A DNA stretch of 42,492 nucleotides from Candidatus Woesearchaeota archaeon (GTDB taxonomy: Archaea > Nanobdellota > Nanobdellia > SCGC-AAA011-G17 > UBA489): positions 1-42,492 of the forward strand of contig JABIPM010000012.1 of NCBI GenBank assembly GCA_018658955.1. Reading direction: 5' to 3'. Of the stretch, positions 17,498 through 27,750 are shown one piece after another (position 1 is the first letter of the stretch; the number at the start of each line of letters is the position of its first letter). The notes under the pieces were generated by a model. It was not told the DNA's origin. It saw only the letters and a list, made by a program, of their open reading frames with translations, and did no database searches. Both the position numbers and the translations under genes were made by a program.

Positions 17498-18925
17498 ATG
17501 GATAAAATTAGAACAGGTTTAACCTTCTCGGATGTATTATTAGTTCCTAAAAGAACGCCATTGTCCTCTAGAAGTGAAGCAGATACTAAAACAAAGATAA
17601 CAAAAAACGTTTCTCTAAACAATCCATTGGTTAGTTCTAATATGGCCACAGTTACAGAACATAAAATGGCAATTGCCATGGCAAGAGAAGGAGGGATAGG
17701 CGTAATTCATCAATTTGAAACCATTGAATCCCAAGTAGCAGAAGTAAAAAAAGTAAAAAGAAGCACGAGTTACATAATTGAAGATCCAATAACTGCACCT
17801 TCAAATTTAACATTAAATGATGCAGAAGATTTGATGGAGAGAGAAGGAGTAAATAGTTTATTAGTAGTCGAAAATGAAAAACTAATAGGAATTTTATGTC
17901 ATCGAGATTATGTTTTTGAAACAAATAAACAACAAAAAATCTCAAAATTAATGACCCAAGAAAAAAACTTAATTGCGGCAGATCCAAAAATAACTTTAGA
18001 AGCTGCAAAAGAAGCATTGCACAAACATAAAATAGAAAAAATACCTTTATTAGAAAAAGGAAAAGTAGTAGGATTGATTACTGCAAAAGATATTCAAGTT
18101 TCAGAATATTGGCCAAATGCTTCAAGGGATAAAAAGGGAAGATTGAGAGTTGCTGCGGCAGTAGGTGTTAGAGATACATTAGAAAGAGCAACAGCATTAG
18201 TTAATGCAGGAGTTGATTTAATAGTTCTTGATGTTGCACATGCACATTCAGATTTTGTAATCAAACAATTAAAAAAAATTAAATCAAAATTAAAAGTAGA
18301 TGTTCTTGTAGGAAATATTGCAACCCAAACTGCAGCTAAAGATTTAATCAACGCGGGTGCAGACGGATTAAAGGTTGGAATCGGCCCAAGTCCAGTTTGT
18401 ACAACAAGGATTATTTCAGGTAGTGGAATACCTCAATTAACTGCAATAATGGACGTGGTTTCGGTAGCATCTAAACATAAAATTCCAGTTTGTGCAGACG
18501 GAGGAATGACTTACCCAGGAGATATTTCAAAAGCAATTGCTGCAGGCGCAGATACTATTTGTTCGGGTTCTTTTTTCGCAGGAACAGATGAAGCACCAGG
18601 ATATATCATCATGAAAGATGGAAAAAGGTACAAAAGATATATTGGGAGTGCATCATACGATTCAAATCATGAAAGAAAAGAAAAATTAACAAAAAGAAAA
18701 TACAAAAACAAAATAGATGTATTCGTTGAAGGAGTATCAAATTTAGTAGACTATAAGGGGTCAGTAGATCAAATAATCAAATCTTTACTCAAAGGATTGA
18801 GAAGCGGAATCAGCTATACCGGTGCAAAAAACATCAAAGAAATGCAAAAAAATTCTGAATTTATTCGAGTTACTTCTAGTGGCTGGCAAGAAAGCCTTTC
18901 AAGAGGTAAAAAACTTTCTGAATAA
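17498..18925 (+). CDS. IMP dehydrogenase / GMP reductase family protein with CBS pair
   Basis: LTFSDVLL.P, KVGIGP...CTTR, ADGG and VEGV motifs; two CBS domains. Confidence 0.9.
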   Translation: MDKIRTGLTFSDVLLVPKRTPLSSRSEADTKTKITKNVSLNNPLVSSNMATVTEHKMAIAMAREGGIGVIHQFETIESQVAEVKKVKRSTSYIIEDPITAPSNLTLNDAEDLMEREGVNSLLVVENEKLIGILCHRDYVFETNKQQKISKLMTQEKNLIAADPKITLEAAKEALHKHKIEKIPLLEKGKVVGLITAKDIQVSEYWPNASRDKKGRLRVAAAVGVRDTLERATALVNAGVDLIVLDVAHAHSDFVIKQLKKIKSKLKVDVLVGNIATQTAAKDLINAGADGLKVGIGPSPVCTTRIISGSGIPQLTAIMDVVSVASKHKIPVCADGGMTYPGDISKAIAAGADTICSGSFFAGTDEAPGYIIMKDGKRYKRYIGSASYDSNHERKEKLTKRKYKNKIDVFVEGVSNLVDYKGSVDQIIKSLLKGLRSGISYTGAKNIKEMQKNSEFIRVTSSGWQESLSRGKKLSE

Positions 18926-18956
18926 GTTTTTAAACTCAAATTAAATCAATTATTCT

Positions 18957-19391
18957 ATGAAAACTGAAATTATCTGTGTAGGAAGAATAAAAGAGAACTA
19001 TATGAAATCGGCAATTGACACATACATAGAAAGATTAAGACCTTACTGCAAATTAGAGATAATTGAAGTTAAAGATTCAGATAAAGAAAAAGAATCAGAA
19101 AAAATATTAGAACTTTTAGAAAAAAGAAGTAACTCAAAAATAATCACTCTTTCCGAAGAAGGTGATCAATTTTCTTCAATAAATTTCTCAGAAAACTTCA
19201 AAAATCAAGAACAAGATTTAGTTTTCATAATTGGCGGTGCAGACGGATTAACTGATAAAGTTAAACAAGCATCAAACAAAGTATTGTCATTATCTGGGAT
19301 GACATTTTTACATGACATGGCAAGATTATTTTTAATTGAACAAATTTACAGATCATACAAAATAATTAAAGGAGAACCATACCACAAATGA
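18957..19391 (+). CDS. rlmH: 23S rRNA m3-psi1915 methyltransferase (SPOUT)
   Basis: FIIGGADG, LSLS.MTF.H, EQIYR and C-terminal GEPYHK. Confidence 0.9.
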   Translation: MKTEIICVGRIKENYMKSAIDTYIERLRPYCKLEIIEVKDSDKEKESEKILELLEKRSNSKIITLSEEGDQFSSINFSENFKNQEQDLVFIIGGADGLTDKVKQASNKVLSLSGMTFLHDMARLFLIEQIYRSYKIIKGEPYHK

Positions 19392-20017
19392 TTGGAGAAT
19401 TATTAACCGCATTAGTGGCATTCTTAACATCTACAGTTGGTTCATGGGGATATTTAGGAATATTTTTATTAATGACTATTGAAAGTTCATTTATTCCCTT
19501 TCCTAGCGAAGTAGTTTTAGTTCCAGCAGGAATCTTAATTACTACTGGTGAAATGAGTTTAATACCTGTAGCATTAGCTGCACTTTTAGGAAGTGTATTA
19601 GGTGCATTCATAAATTATTTTTTAGCATTACATTTAGGAAGGAAATTCATTCACCAATCAGTCAAAAAATACGGAAAAGCATTATTATTAGCAGAATCAG
19701 CAATAGATAAATCTGAAAAGTATTTCAAAAAACATGGTGAATTAACCATTTTTATTGGAAGATTGATTCCAGGAATAAGACAATTAATTTCTCTTCCTGC
19801 AGGATTTGCAAGAATGAACTTATTCAAATTCACATTATTTACATTATTAGGGGCAGGAATTTGGGCAGGAATTTTGATTTATTTAGGAATAGTATTTGGC
19901 AATAACATGGACTTATTAAATGAAAATATTAAATTATTTTCTTCAGTAGTTCTAAGCATCGGTGCATTAGTAATTGGAACTTATTTCATTTGGCATCAAA
20001 AACACAAAAACTGCTGA
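19388..20017 (+). CDS. DedA-family membrane protein
   Basis: ESSFIPFPSE, F.KHG and GRLIPGIRQLIS.PAG motifs. Confidence 0.92.
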   Translation: MIGELLTALVAFLTSTVGSWGYLGIFLLMTIESSFIPFPSEVVLVPAGILITTGEMSLIPVALAALLGSVLGAFINYFLALHLGRKFIHQSVKKYGKALLLAESAIDKSEKYFKKHGELTIFIGRLIPGIRQLISLPAGFARMNLFKFTLFTLLGAGIWAGILIYLGIVFGNNMDLLNENIKLFSSVVLSIGALVIGTYFIWHQKHKNC

Positions 20018-20055
20018 ACAGCAATACTTAATAATTTAGCCTTCTTCTTTAATTC

Positions 20056-20454
20056 ATGTCAGAATCAACAAAAAACGCATTAAAATTTAGAATTAATACT
20101 ATTTATCGCATATATCTCCTATTAAATTATTATCAATCAAGTCTTCTAAAAAATTCCCCACCAACACCCGAACATTTAGAAAAACTAAATCAAGTTAAAC
20201 AATTAATATTAACATCCACAGAACCACACGTTCAACAAATTTCTGCAATACAAGATAGGACCTTACATTCTAATGATTATATTGATCCACTAAAAATATC
20301 TGCAGATACATTAAGTACGGAATTCTTCTTTCAATCACAACCAAGAATCGAAGAAATATTAAAAATTTATGAAACTAACATCAGAGGATTAATAGATGAA
20401 TTTCAAATTAGTCCAATGGATCAAATGAAATTAACCAAAATTAGTTTTATTTAG
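20056..20454 (+). CDS. Hypothetical protein (132 aa)
   Basis: ORF in free space. Confidence 0.55.
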   Translation: MSESTKNALKFRINTIYRIYLLLNYYQSSLLKNSPPTPEHLEKLNQVKQLILTSTEPHVQQISAIQDRTLHSNDYIDPLKISADTLSTEFFFQSQPRIEEILKIYETNIRGLIDEFQISPMDQMKLTKISFI

Positions 20455-20805
20455 TTACTCAAATCTTCTTTCAGATTCCCAACTCTTAAATCCTTGATGA
20501 TATTTGCCTGCTTCTGAAGCATAACCATACTTGTAAGGATTTCCTCCATAAACATTTCTTCTAGCAGAATAATACTCTCCAGAATTCCAACCACTCCATT
20601 GATTGTAACTTCCACATCTACTATAATGTCCATGATAACCTGGGCAACTACCTACAGAATATCCGTAATTTCCACCATAATTATTTTGATAAGTATTAAC
20701 TCCATATGAAGGCCAAAAACCCCACCCGGACCAAGCACTAACTTCTGAAACACCAATTAGGCCAAAAACCATCAACATTCCAAGTAAAACTAATATTTTT
20801 TTCAT
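20455..20805 (-). CDS. Secreted Gly/Tyr/Asn/Trp-rich small protein
   Basis: Signal peptide MKKILVLLG...VSA followed by a low-complexity mature part. Confidence 0.7.
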   Translation of the reverse strand: MKKILVLLGMLMVFGLIGVSEVSAWSGWGFWPSYGVNTYQNNYGGNYGYSVGSCPGYHGHYSRCGSYNQWSGWNSGEYYSARRNVYGGNPYKYGYASEAGKYHQGFKSWESERRFE

Positions 20806-20878
20806 AATTGATAGTAGAAAAGCAATTATTTAAATCTTTCTTTTGTAACCACCAGTAAATGATAAATTAACAAAGATT

Positions 20879-21202
20879 TCAATTATTGATAATAATTTTA
20901 CCACTTACTTCTTTTACAGTTTCACTTTTAACAACTTTCCAATAAAAATCAATAAAATCATTAACAACTTTATTATTCTTATTTAATTTATACATCTTAG
21001 CCTTACCAACAACCCTATTTAACTCAACTATACCCAATTTTTCTAAGTCCTTCCACATTAATTGCAATGTAGAATAACTAACACCTGAATTTTTAGCAAT
21101 ATCAGTTAATGAGTAATCAAATTGATCATAAACTACTAAAAAATCAAGAATTTTATTTATAGGTGACTCTCCAAATATGTTTAAATATATTGTTTTACTC
21201 AT
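20879..21202 (-). CDS. Winged-helix DNA-binding protein
   Basis: YSLTDIAKNSGVSYSTL HTH and R.VGKAKMYKLN wing. Confidence 0.8.
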   Translation of the reverse strand: MSKTIYLNIFGESPINKILDFLVVYDQFDYSLTDIAKNSGVSYSTLQLMWKDLEKLGIVELNRVVGKAKMYKLNKNNKVVNDFIDFYWKVVKSETVKEVSGKIIINN

Positions 21203-21441
21203 TCTATTTTCTCCAAAATTTCTGCCATTTTTTTCTTATTCAATTGAATTGCATTTTTAGAACGGGAATACCATTGAATTAAATTTTTTCTTATCAGATT
21301 ATTAATTGCTTTTTTGATATTCCCTCGTTCACTTACAGGAAAGCCAGAACGTATCAACGTTTGAATTCTTTTATGATTTGATCCCCAAATTCGTTTAACA
21401 ACCATAACTCTAAGCACTGCTTTCTCATAATCTAAATTCAT
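21199..21441 (-). CDS. Small basic winged-helix-like protein
   Basis: 80 aa, IKKAINNLIRKNLI helix; ATGA overlap with the downstream gene. Confidence 0.65.
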   Translation of the reverse strand: MNLDYEKAVLRVMVVKRIWGSNHKRIQTLIRSGFPVSERGNIKKAINNLIRKNLIQWYSRSKNAIQLNKKKMAEILEKIE

Positions 21442-21624
21442 TTTATTATATAAATATTGCTATTTTAACATAATATTATCTTAAGATTGAAATTTAACAA
21501 CCTTTCACTTTAATTATAGATAAAACAGATATTCTAAAATTTAAGAACTTCGCCCAGTTTTTTCCACAATACTTCCGAAAATCAATCTAAAAAACTATTT
21601 AAATCAAAAATAAAACTCAATTTT

Positions 21625-22209
21625 ATGAAAAAACAAACAATAACCTCATTATTATTCATATTTCTAACAGGATTAGTATTTTTAAACAATAAGCAACCAT
21701 TCAATATTGATTTAATCATTAATGCATTTCAATTTCCAATATCGATATTACCCTTTTTACAATTCATTAGCAACATAACAGAAACCATACCTATTGCAAT
21801 AGCCACACTACTCATTTTCTTTTATTTAAGAAAAAATAACAAAATAAAACAGTCTTTATTCGCATTAATTATTTTAATCGGTGCGATATTAGTAAAAACA
21901 CTAAAATTAACCATCTCAAGAGCAAGGCCAGAAAATATAGACTACCAAAGTTTTCCAAGTGGACATGTAACTATGACTACTGTATTTTGTTTAGTTCTTT
22001 ACCTAACAATAATTAAAGATATTAAAAACAAAACAAAAAAAACTATCTCAACAATACTAATCGTTTTATTGCCAATTTTAGTTGGGATCTCAAGGTTAGC
22101 ATTAAACCACCATTGGCTTACAGATGTAATTGCAGGATTATTACTAGGAATATCTGTATCATTAATTGGATATTCTTATATTTCCAACCCCCATAAGTTA
22201 TTTAAATAA
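21625..22209 (+). CDS. PAP2-family membrane phosphatase
   Basis: K....RARP, SFPSGH and SR....HH..D motifs. Confidence 0.92.
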   Translation: MKKQTITSLLFIFLTGLVFLNNKQPFNIDLIINAFQFPISILPFLQFISNITETIPIAIATLLIFFYLRKNNKIKQSLFALIILIGAILVKTLKLTISRARPENIDYQSFPSGHVTMTTVFCLVLYLTIIKDIKNKTKKTISTILIVLLPILVGISRLALNHHWLTDVIAGLLLGISVSLIGYSYISNPHKLFK

Positions 22210-22229
22210 TGCAATAGTAAATTCTACAC

Positions 22230-23942
22230 ATGAATACAAAAGGGATACAGGATTATGAACTAAGGCATAGTGCTTCTCATTTAATGGCTTCAGCAGTCAA
22301 AGAACTGTACCCCAATGTAAAAATAGCTATTGGCCCAGCAATTCAAGACGGTTTCTACTATGATTTTGACAATCTAGAAATCTCTGACTCTGATCTAAAG
22401 AAAATAGAGAAAAAAATGAGGCAGATAGCAGAAAAAAATCTTTCTTTTGAAAAATCAGAATCAAATTCAGCAGAAGCTAAAAAAATTCTAAAAGATGAAC
22501 CTTACAAATCCGAATTACTTAAATCTCTAAAAGGGAAAATCACATTCTATAAACATGGAGATTTCACAGATATGTGTGAAGGACCTCATGTAAAAACAAC
22601 CAAAGAAATTAGACATTTCAAATTAACTAAATTAGCAGGGGCATATTGGAAAGGAAATTCAGCTAACAAAATGCTTACTAGAATTTATGGAATAGTTTTC
22701 AAAACAGAAAAAGAACTAAAGGATTATTTACAGTTAATAGAAGAAGCTAAAAAAAGAGATCATGTGAAACTAGGAAAAGAACTAAACCTTTTCTCATTAC
22801 ATCCCGAGGGTCCAGGTTTTCCATTCTGGCATCCCAAAGGAACAATCCTATTTAATGAATTAAAAAATTATTTAACAAATCAAAATCATAAAAGAAACTA
22901 TGACGAAATCATGACTCCCCAGATTCTAAATGAAGAGTTATGGCATAAATCTGGACATTACGAAAATTTCAAAGAAAATATGTATTTTGTGGACATTGAT
23001 AATAAGTCTTACGCAGTTAAACCAATGAACTGTCCAGGAGGATTATTAATTTACAAAAAAGGCTTACATTCTTACAGACAATTACCAATTAAAAATGCAG
23101 AATTTGGATTAGTCCATAGACATGAACTTTCAGGAGTTTTACATGGCCTATTTAGGGCTAGATCATTCACACAAGATGATGCGCATGTTTTCTGTACACC
23201 TGAACAATTACAAACTGAAATTGAAGATTGTATCGAATACATTCAAGAGACATACAAAGACTTTGGATTCAAAGAAATATTAACATTTATTGCAACCCAA
23301 CCAGAAAAATCAATAGGTTCAAAACAAGATTGGGACTTAGCAACAAAATCATTAGAAAAATCATTAGATACATGTAAATTAAAATATAAAATAAAAGAAG
23401 GAGAAGGTGCATTCTATGGTCCTAAAATTGAATTTAACATCAAAGATGCATTAGGAAGATTGTGGCAATGTGGAACAATACAAATAGATTTTTCAATGCC
23501 AAGAAGATTTGAAGCAACTTACGAAGCAAAAGACAATTCAAAACAAACACCAATCATGATCCACCGAGCAGTTGTAGGTTCATTAGAAAGATTTACGGGG
23601 ATATTAATTGAGCATTACGCAGGAAAGTTCCCATTATGGTTAAGTCCTGAACAAGTAAGAGTATTAACAGTTACAGAAAAGAACGATAAATACGCTAAAG
23701 AAATATTCAAAGAATTAAAAGAAGCAGGGTTAAGAGTTTCTTTAGACATCAAACCAAATTCAATTAGTAAAAAAGTAAGAGAAGCACAACTAGAAAAAGT
23801 AAATTACATGGTTACTATTGGAGATAAAGAACAAGAAAAAAACACATTAGCAATTAGAACAAGAGAAGGAAAGGTTAAATTCGAAGTAAAAATTGATGAT
23901 TTCATCAAAGAACTAAAACAAGAAATAACTAAAAAACAATGA
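22230..23942 (+). CDS. thrS: Threonyl-tRNA synthetase (bacterial-type editing domain, no TGS domain)
   Basis: HSASH, GFYYDF, DMCEGPHV, KPMNCP, FTQDDAH, GAFYGPK and HRA..GSLERF motifs. Confidence 0.97.
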   Translation: MNTKGIQDYELRHSASHLMASAVKELYPNVKIAIGPAIQDGFYYDFDNLEISDSDLKKIEKKMRQIAEKNLSFEKSESNSAEAKKILKDEPYKSELLKSLKGKITFYKHGDFTDMCEGPHVKTTKEIRHFKLTKLAGAYWKGNSANKMLTRIYGIVFKTEKELKDYLQLIEEAKKRDHVKLGKELNLFSLHPEGPGFPFWHPKGTILFNELKNYLTNQNHKRNYDEIMTPQILNEELWHKSGHYENFKENMYFVDIDNKSYAVKPMNCPGGLLIYKKGLHSYRQLPIKNAEFGLVHRHELSGVLHGLFRARSFTQDDAHVFCTPEQLQTEIEDCIEYIQETYKDFGFKEILTFIATQPEKSIGSKQDWDLATKSLEKSLDTCKLKYKIKEGEGAFYGPKIEFNIKDALGRLWQCGTIQIDFSMPRRFEATYEAKDNSKQTPIMIHRAVVGSLERFTGILIEHYAGKFPLWLSPEQVRVLTVTEKNDKYAKEIFKELKEAGLRVSLDIKPNSISKKVREAQLEKVNYMVTIGDKEQEKNTLAIRTREGKVKFEVKIDDFIKELKQEITKKQ

Positions 23943-24508
23943 TAGAACCAAAAAAAGATATTGAAAGATTAAAGAATTCTAGTTTATACAAAGATTGGAA
24001 AGAAACACATAAAGAATCTTACCTTTCAGATTTCTTCTGTGTGTTAGATAAAGAATCCAGTGATGATAATCTCTGGCAAATAGACTATTACAACCCAAAA
24101 CAAGATACTATAACTTCATTTGAACTTCCTGCAGATAAAAGGAAAAGTCCAAAACTAAAAGAAGAAAATTCAAAAATATTCAAAAAAGAAGGAGATGCTG
24201 TTCAAGAATTATCATTATCAGAATTAGGATGGAGTGATGAAAACGTAATCCAAGTTGCAAAAGAATCATTAAATGAACAATTTCCTGGGGAAGCTCCAAT
24301 GAAAACAATCTTAATTCTACAACATAGTAGAGACTACGATAAACCCATCTGGAACCTAACTTTTATGACTTCAGCATTAAATATGTTCAATGCAAGAATA
24401 GATGCTAAGAACGGAAAGATAATTGATTCTTCACTCAAATCTGCAATGTCTTTAAAGAAAGAAATTTTACCCGGAACAACTAAAGACGATAGACCTAAAG
24501 CAAGTTAG
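23939..24508 (+). CDS. Hypothetical protein, possible PepSY-like C-terminus
   Basis: PIWNLTF...IDAKNGKII; ATGA overlap with thrS. Confidence 0.65.
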   Translation: MIEPKKDIERLKNSSLYKDWKETHKESYLSDFFCVLDKESSDDNLWQIDYYNPKQDTITSFELPADKRKSPKLKEENSKIFKKEGDAVQELSLSELGWSDENVIQVAKESLNEQFPGEAPMKTILILQHSRDYDKPIWNLTFMTSALNMFNARIDAKNGKIIDSSLKSAMSLKKEILPGTTKDDRPKAS

Positions 24509-25146
24509 TTGCTTTTAGTCACATTATTTTTAGGACAAATCTTATTCAACACACACTCACTACAACTGGGTGTTGGTGCTTTGCAAACTGCACGCCCATG
24601 CAAAACTAAAACATGATTAAGTTCTAACCAATATTTGTTATCAATTATTTTCATTAGATCTTGTTCAATTTTATCTGGATTGATATTTTTAGTAAATCCT
24701 AATCTAAAACTTATTCTTTTAACATGCGTATCAACTGCAATGCCTGCTGCTATTCCAAACCAATTACTCAATACAATATTTGCAGTCTTTCTTGCAACTC
24801 CATGCAATTTCAAAAGATCTTTCATTTTGGAAGGAACTTTTCCGTTAAATTCTTCCACCAATAATTTACAAGTTTTTCTAATATTTTTAGCTTTATTTCT
24901 GAATAATCCAATGGATCTAATGTCATTTTGTAATTCTTCTAGCTTAGAATTAGCATAATTTTCCGCAGTTTTATATTTCTTAAATAAATTTTTAGTAACA
25001 ATATTAACTCTTTTATCTGTACATTGTGCAGACAAAATTGTAGATATTAATAATTCTAAAGAATTTTTATGGTTCAATGCCACCTTTTTCTCCGGGTATT
25101 CTTTATCTAAAATTCTAAGAACTTTTTTAACATATTTTTCATCCAT
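24505..25146 (-). CDS. nth: Endonuclease III
   Basis: LSAQCTD, HhH GVARKTA, VDTHV and Cx6Cx2Cx5C. Confidence 0.96.
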   Translation of the reverse strand: MDEKYVKKVLRILDKEYPEKKVALNHKNSLELLISTILSAQCTDKRVNIVTKNLFKKYKTAENYANSKLEELQNDIRSIGLFRNKAKNIRKTCKLLVEEFNGKVPSKMKDLLKLHGVARKTANIVLSNWFGIAAGIAVDTHVKRISFRLGFTKNINPDKIEQDLMKIIDNKYWLELNHVLVLHGRAVCKAPTPSCSECVLNKICPKNNVTKSN

Positions 25147-25241
25147 ATATCCTCAAATTCAACAACTTATTTAATTCTTTTGAATTCTAAATCTCAAAAA
25201 TATCGCATCCTTACACCAGTTACACACCATTTCAAAACACT

Positions 25242-25266
25242 TATATACTGGAGTATATATGTTATC
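25242..25266 (+). repeat. 25-bp element (palindromic core TATATACT-GG-AGTATATA), 23/25 identical to the inverted copy at 29136-29160
   Basis: tatatactggagtatatatgttatc versus tatatcctagagtatatatgttatc. Confidence 0.6.
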
Positions 25267-25268
25267 GC

Positions 25269-25919
25269 ATGCCTACAAAACAAAAAAAAGAAAGGATGAC
25301 AGAATATCTTGCTAATAGTTTAACTGCTGCAGGACACAGTGTAAAAGACTTTGAAATAGCAATAGATAATGGAAATTTACCCATAAGATATTTAATATTA
25401 GATGACGAAAAAGAAAAAAGCGTATTCTTAATTGATGATTCAAAAAATTATAATGAAAGAAACACGGAACAATTAGTAGACACCATAAGAAGATCAGGTA
25501 TAAAAAAACCAGGTTTTGTGATTTACAAAGATGGAAAACAATTTTTTAGATGTCCTGAATCAAGTGATAATGATTTAATGGCATTGAATAAATTATTAAG
25601 ACCCAACAGAAGTTTAAAAAATTACATGGATAGGGCCCCTGGAGAATTTATTCTTCCAACAAAAGCAGAAAAAAGACTAAAGAAAAGTGGATTTTTACAA
25701 TACTATCAGCCAGAATCAGAAAGATTAGATGAAATGTTAGTAACTTTTGGTTTTGACATTCCCCTTTTAGATTATACTCATATTAATCCCAGAGATAGAA
25801 TTGGTCCAAGAACCAAACTTTCTGAAAAATATTTTTTAATTGAAAACAGATTCAACATGCCAGGTGCATTAGAATTAGATATTGAAAAAGACGGTTTTTT
25901 AAGAAATCCTAAAAACTAA
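25269..25919 (+). CDS. Hypothetical protein (216 aa)
   Basis: Long ORF; no recognised motif. Confidence 0.65.
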   Translation: MPTKQKKERMTEYLANSLTAAGHSVKDFEIAIDNGNLPIRYLILDDEKEKSVFLIDDSKNYNERNTEQLVDTIRRSGIKKPGFVIYKDGKQFFRCPESSDNDLMALNKLLRPNRSLKNYMDRAPGEFILPTKAEKRLKKSGFLQYYQPESERLDEMLVTFGFDIPLLDYTHINPRDRIGPRTKLSEKYFLIENRFNMPGALELDIEKDGFLRNPKN

Positions 25920-26124
25920 TCACTTTTTTCTTGGATTTTAACCCTTTAATTATTTTTATTGGAGACTTATATTTTCTTGTAAAGAATTTAACAATTTCAA
26001 AATTAGCTTTACCATTCTCAGGAACACCCTTAACATTAACATAAAAAACATCTTCACTTTCAGAAATTATTTCGGTTTTTTTACAACCTGTTCGCTTAAC
26101 ATAAATTTCAACGGTTTTAACCAT
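25909..26124 (-). CDS. DUF167/YggU (UPF0235) family protein
   Basis: V...P..GKAN and I.IIKG.KSKKK motifs. Confidence 0.85.
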   Translation of the reverse strand: MVKTVEIYVKRTGCKKTEIISESEDVFYVNVKGVPENGKANFEIVKFFTRKYKSPIKIIKGLKSKKKVISF

Positions 26125-26214
26125 AACATAAAATTTAACTCAGATAAGCTTAAAATCTTTTCTAAAAAAATAAAACGAATAAGTTATTTAAACAATTAAA
26201 CACAATCAATATAC

Positions 26215-26460
26215 ATGGAATACAAACAATTAATTATTTCATCAGGTGATGAAACAGGTTCATTTAGATATAGGGTGATGGGCGAAGAAGATGTCTATTA
26301 CACAAAAGGATTAGCAGACTTAGTTGATCAAATTAAAGACGTAAATGTTGATTACTTATTTGAAACTCCAATTTATACTAGAATAACTAAAGAAGATAAA
26401 GAAATTTTAGAAGGTATACGGAACAGATTAGTAAACGACGATTTAGAATATAGGGTTTAA
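26215..26460 (+). CDS. Hypothetical protein (81 aa)
   Basis: ORF with a TATA-like element upstream. Confidence 0.55.
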   Translation: MEYKQLIISSGDETGSFRYRVMGEEDVYYTKGLADLVDQIKDVNVDYLFETPIYTRITKEDKEILEGIRNRLVNDDLEYRV

Positions 26461-26506
26461 AGTTTGTTTCGTAATCATTATAATTATAAGATTTAAACTT
26501 GAGTAG

Positions 26507-27700
26507 TTAGTTTTTAGAAATGCGGATATTACTTGTTTCATCAGTATTAAAATTATATAAAAAACTTAAATCATAATGCGGATATTCGCGTCCCCAAAAT
26601 CCTTGTATTACCCCACTAAGTTCAACGTCAAACTCAATATGAGAATCAGAGCTAGTAGGATTGATGTGTAACTTTTTAAATCTATTATAATAAAAATCAG
26701 GAAGGGAATTAAGTTTAATTATTTTTTCAGTTTTTTGCGGATCCTCATCAAATACATTATTATTAATAATTAACCTAAATTCTAAATCAGTTTCATACTC
26801 ATTTCTTCCAAAAGGCCGGTTTTTAAATCTAGCATCTGCAAATTCCCCGAATGCATAAAAAAGCATAAGTTCATCTTCATTAACAGGAGAATCTTTGAAA
26901 AGTAAGTGAGATATAGAGGACCAAGCCCCCCCTAAGGTCATCCCCCGTTTATCTTCAAAAGAAGGATCAAAATCACAAATTTTTTTTAAAAGCGCACCAC
27001 TTTCATTTAATCTCCAAAGTTCAGAAGTATGGGGATCATGCTCTGACAAAATTCCAAATTTTTCTTCTAAATTAGACTTAATAATCTCCGGACGGGTATA
27101 AGTTTTAGAATTTCCATCAAAATCAGAGACACAGATATTCCAATATAATGTATTAACTCCTTTTTTTTCTACTTCATAATAAAAATGTTTTCCATCTGCC
27201 AAAAATGAAGGTTTAACTTCATTTAATTCAGGAGTATAAGTTAATTTTCTAACTTTTTCCCATTCATAATTTTCATTTTCTATTGCAGAATAAATATCTT
27301 TTTGGCCATTGAAATCTAAACAAAACAATAACTTATTTCCAGCTCTTGATACATCTGATACACGCGAATCAAACCTTAAATTATTAGCATCTACGGCCAT
27401 TTCTTTTTCAACAATAATTGGTTGATTATTCCCAGAATTTCCTCCACCATATACATTAACATTTGGTGCACCCATTTTAGCACGATTATTTTCTGAAATA
27501 GAATTTGATAAGGACATAACTCCGCTCAATCCAGCGGCTTGTTCAGCAGTCTTAGCTAACCCTCCTGCACCAGCCATAGAAGCTACAGCGTGCACATAAT
27601 CGGAAGTTTGTGCCCCTTGACAAGAATATAAAGGAAATAATAAAGAACTTCCAATTAAAACATTTTTACAAGTATTTTTAATTTTTTGTTCCAAACCCAT
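26507..27700 (-). CDS. Lipoprotein-like exported protein with TolB/PD40-like repeats (start reassigned from 27754 to ATG 27700)
   Basis: LYSC lipobox-like motif, Gly/Ala-rich segment, LT......PSFLADGK repeat; TATA-like CTTATATA upstream of 27700. Confidence 0.6.
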   Translation of the reverse strand: MGLEQKIKNTCKNVLIGSSLLFPLYSCQGAQTSDYVHAVASMAGAGGLAKTAEQAAGLSGVMSLSNSISENNRAKMGAPNVNVYGGGNSGNNQPIIVEKEMAVDANNLRFDSRVSDVSRAGNKLLFCLDFNGQKDIYSAIENENYEWEKVRKLTYTPELNEVKPSFLADGKHFYYEVEKKGVNTLYWNICVSDFDGNSKTYTRPEIIKSNLEEKFGILSEHDPHTSELWRLNESGALLKKICDFDPSFEDKRGMTLGGAWSSISHLLFKDSPVNEDELMLFYAFGEFADARFKNRPFGRNEYETDLEFRLIINNNVFDEDPQKTEKIIKLNSLPDFYYNRFKKLHINPTSSDSHIEFDVELSGVIQGFWGREYPHYDLSFLYNFNTDETSNIRISKN

Positions 27701-27750
27701 GTCTAAAATAGAGGTTAAAGGATATATAAGCGTTCCTACTTTATAAGCAA

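Noticed and set aside
22230..23942. Bacterial-type ThrRS as a novelty
   Set aside because: Bacterial-type ThrRS is already known in several archaeal lineages.
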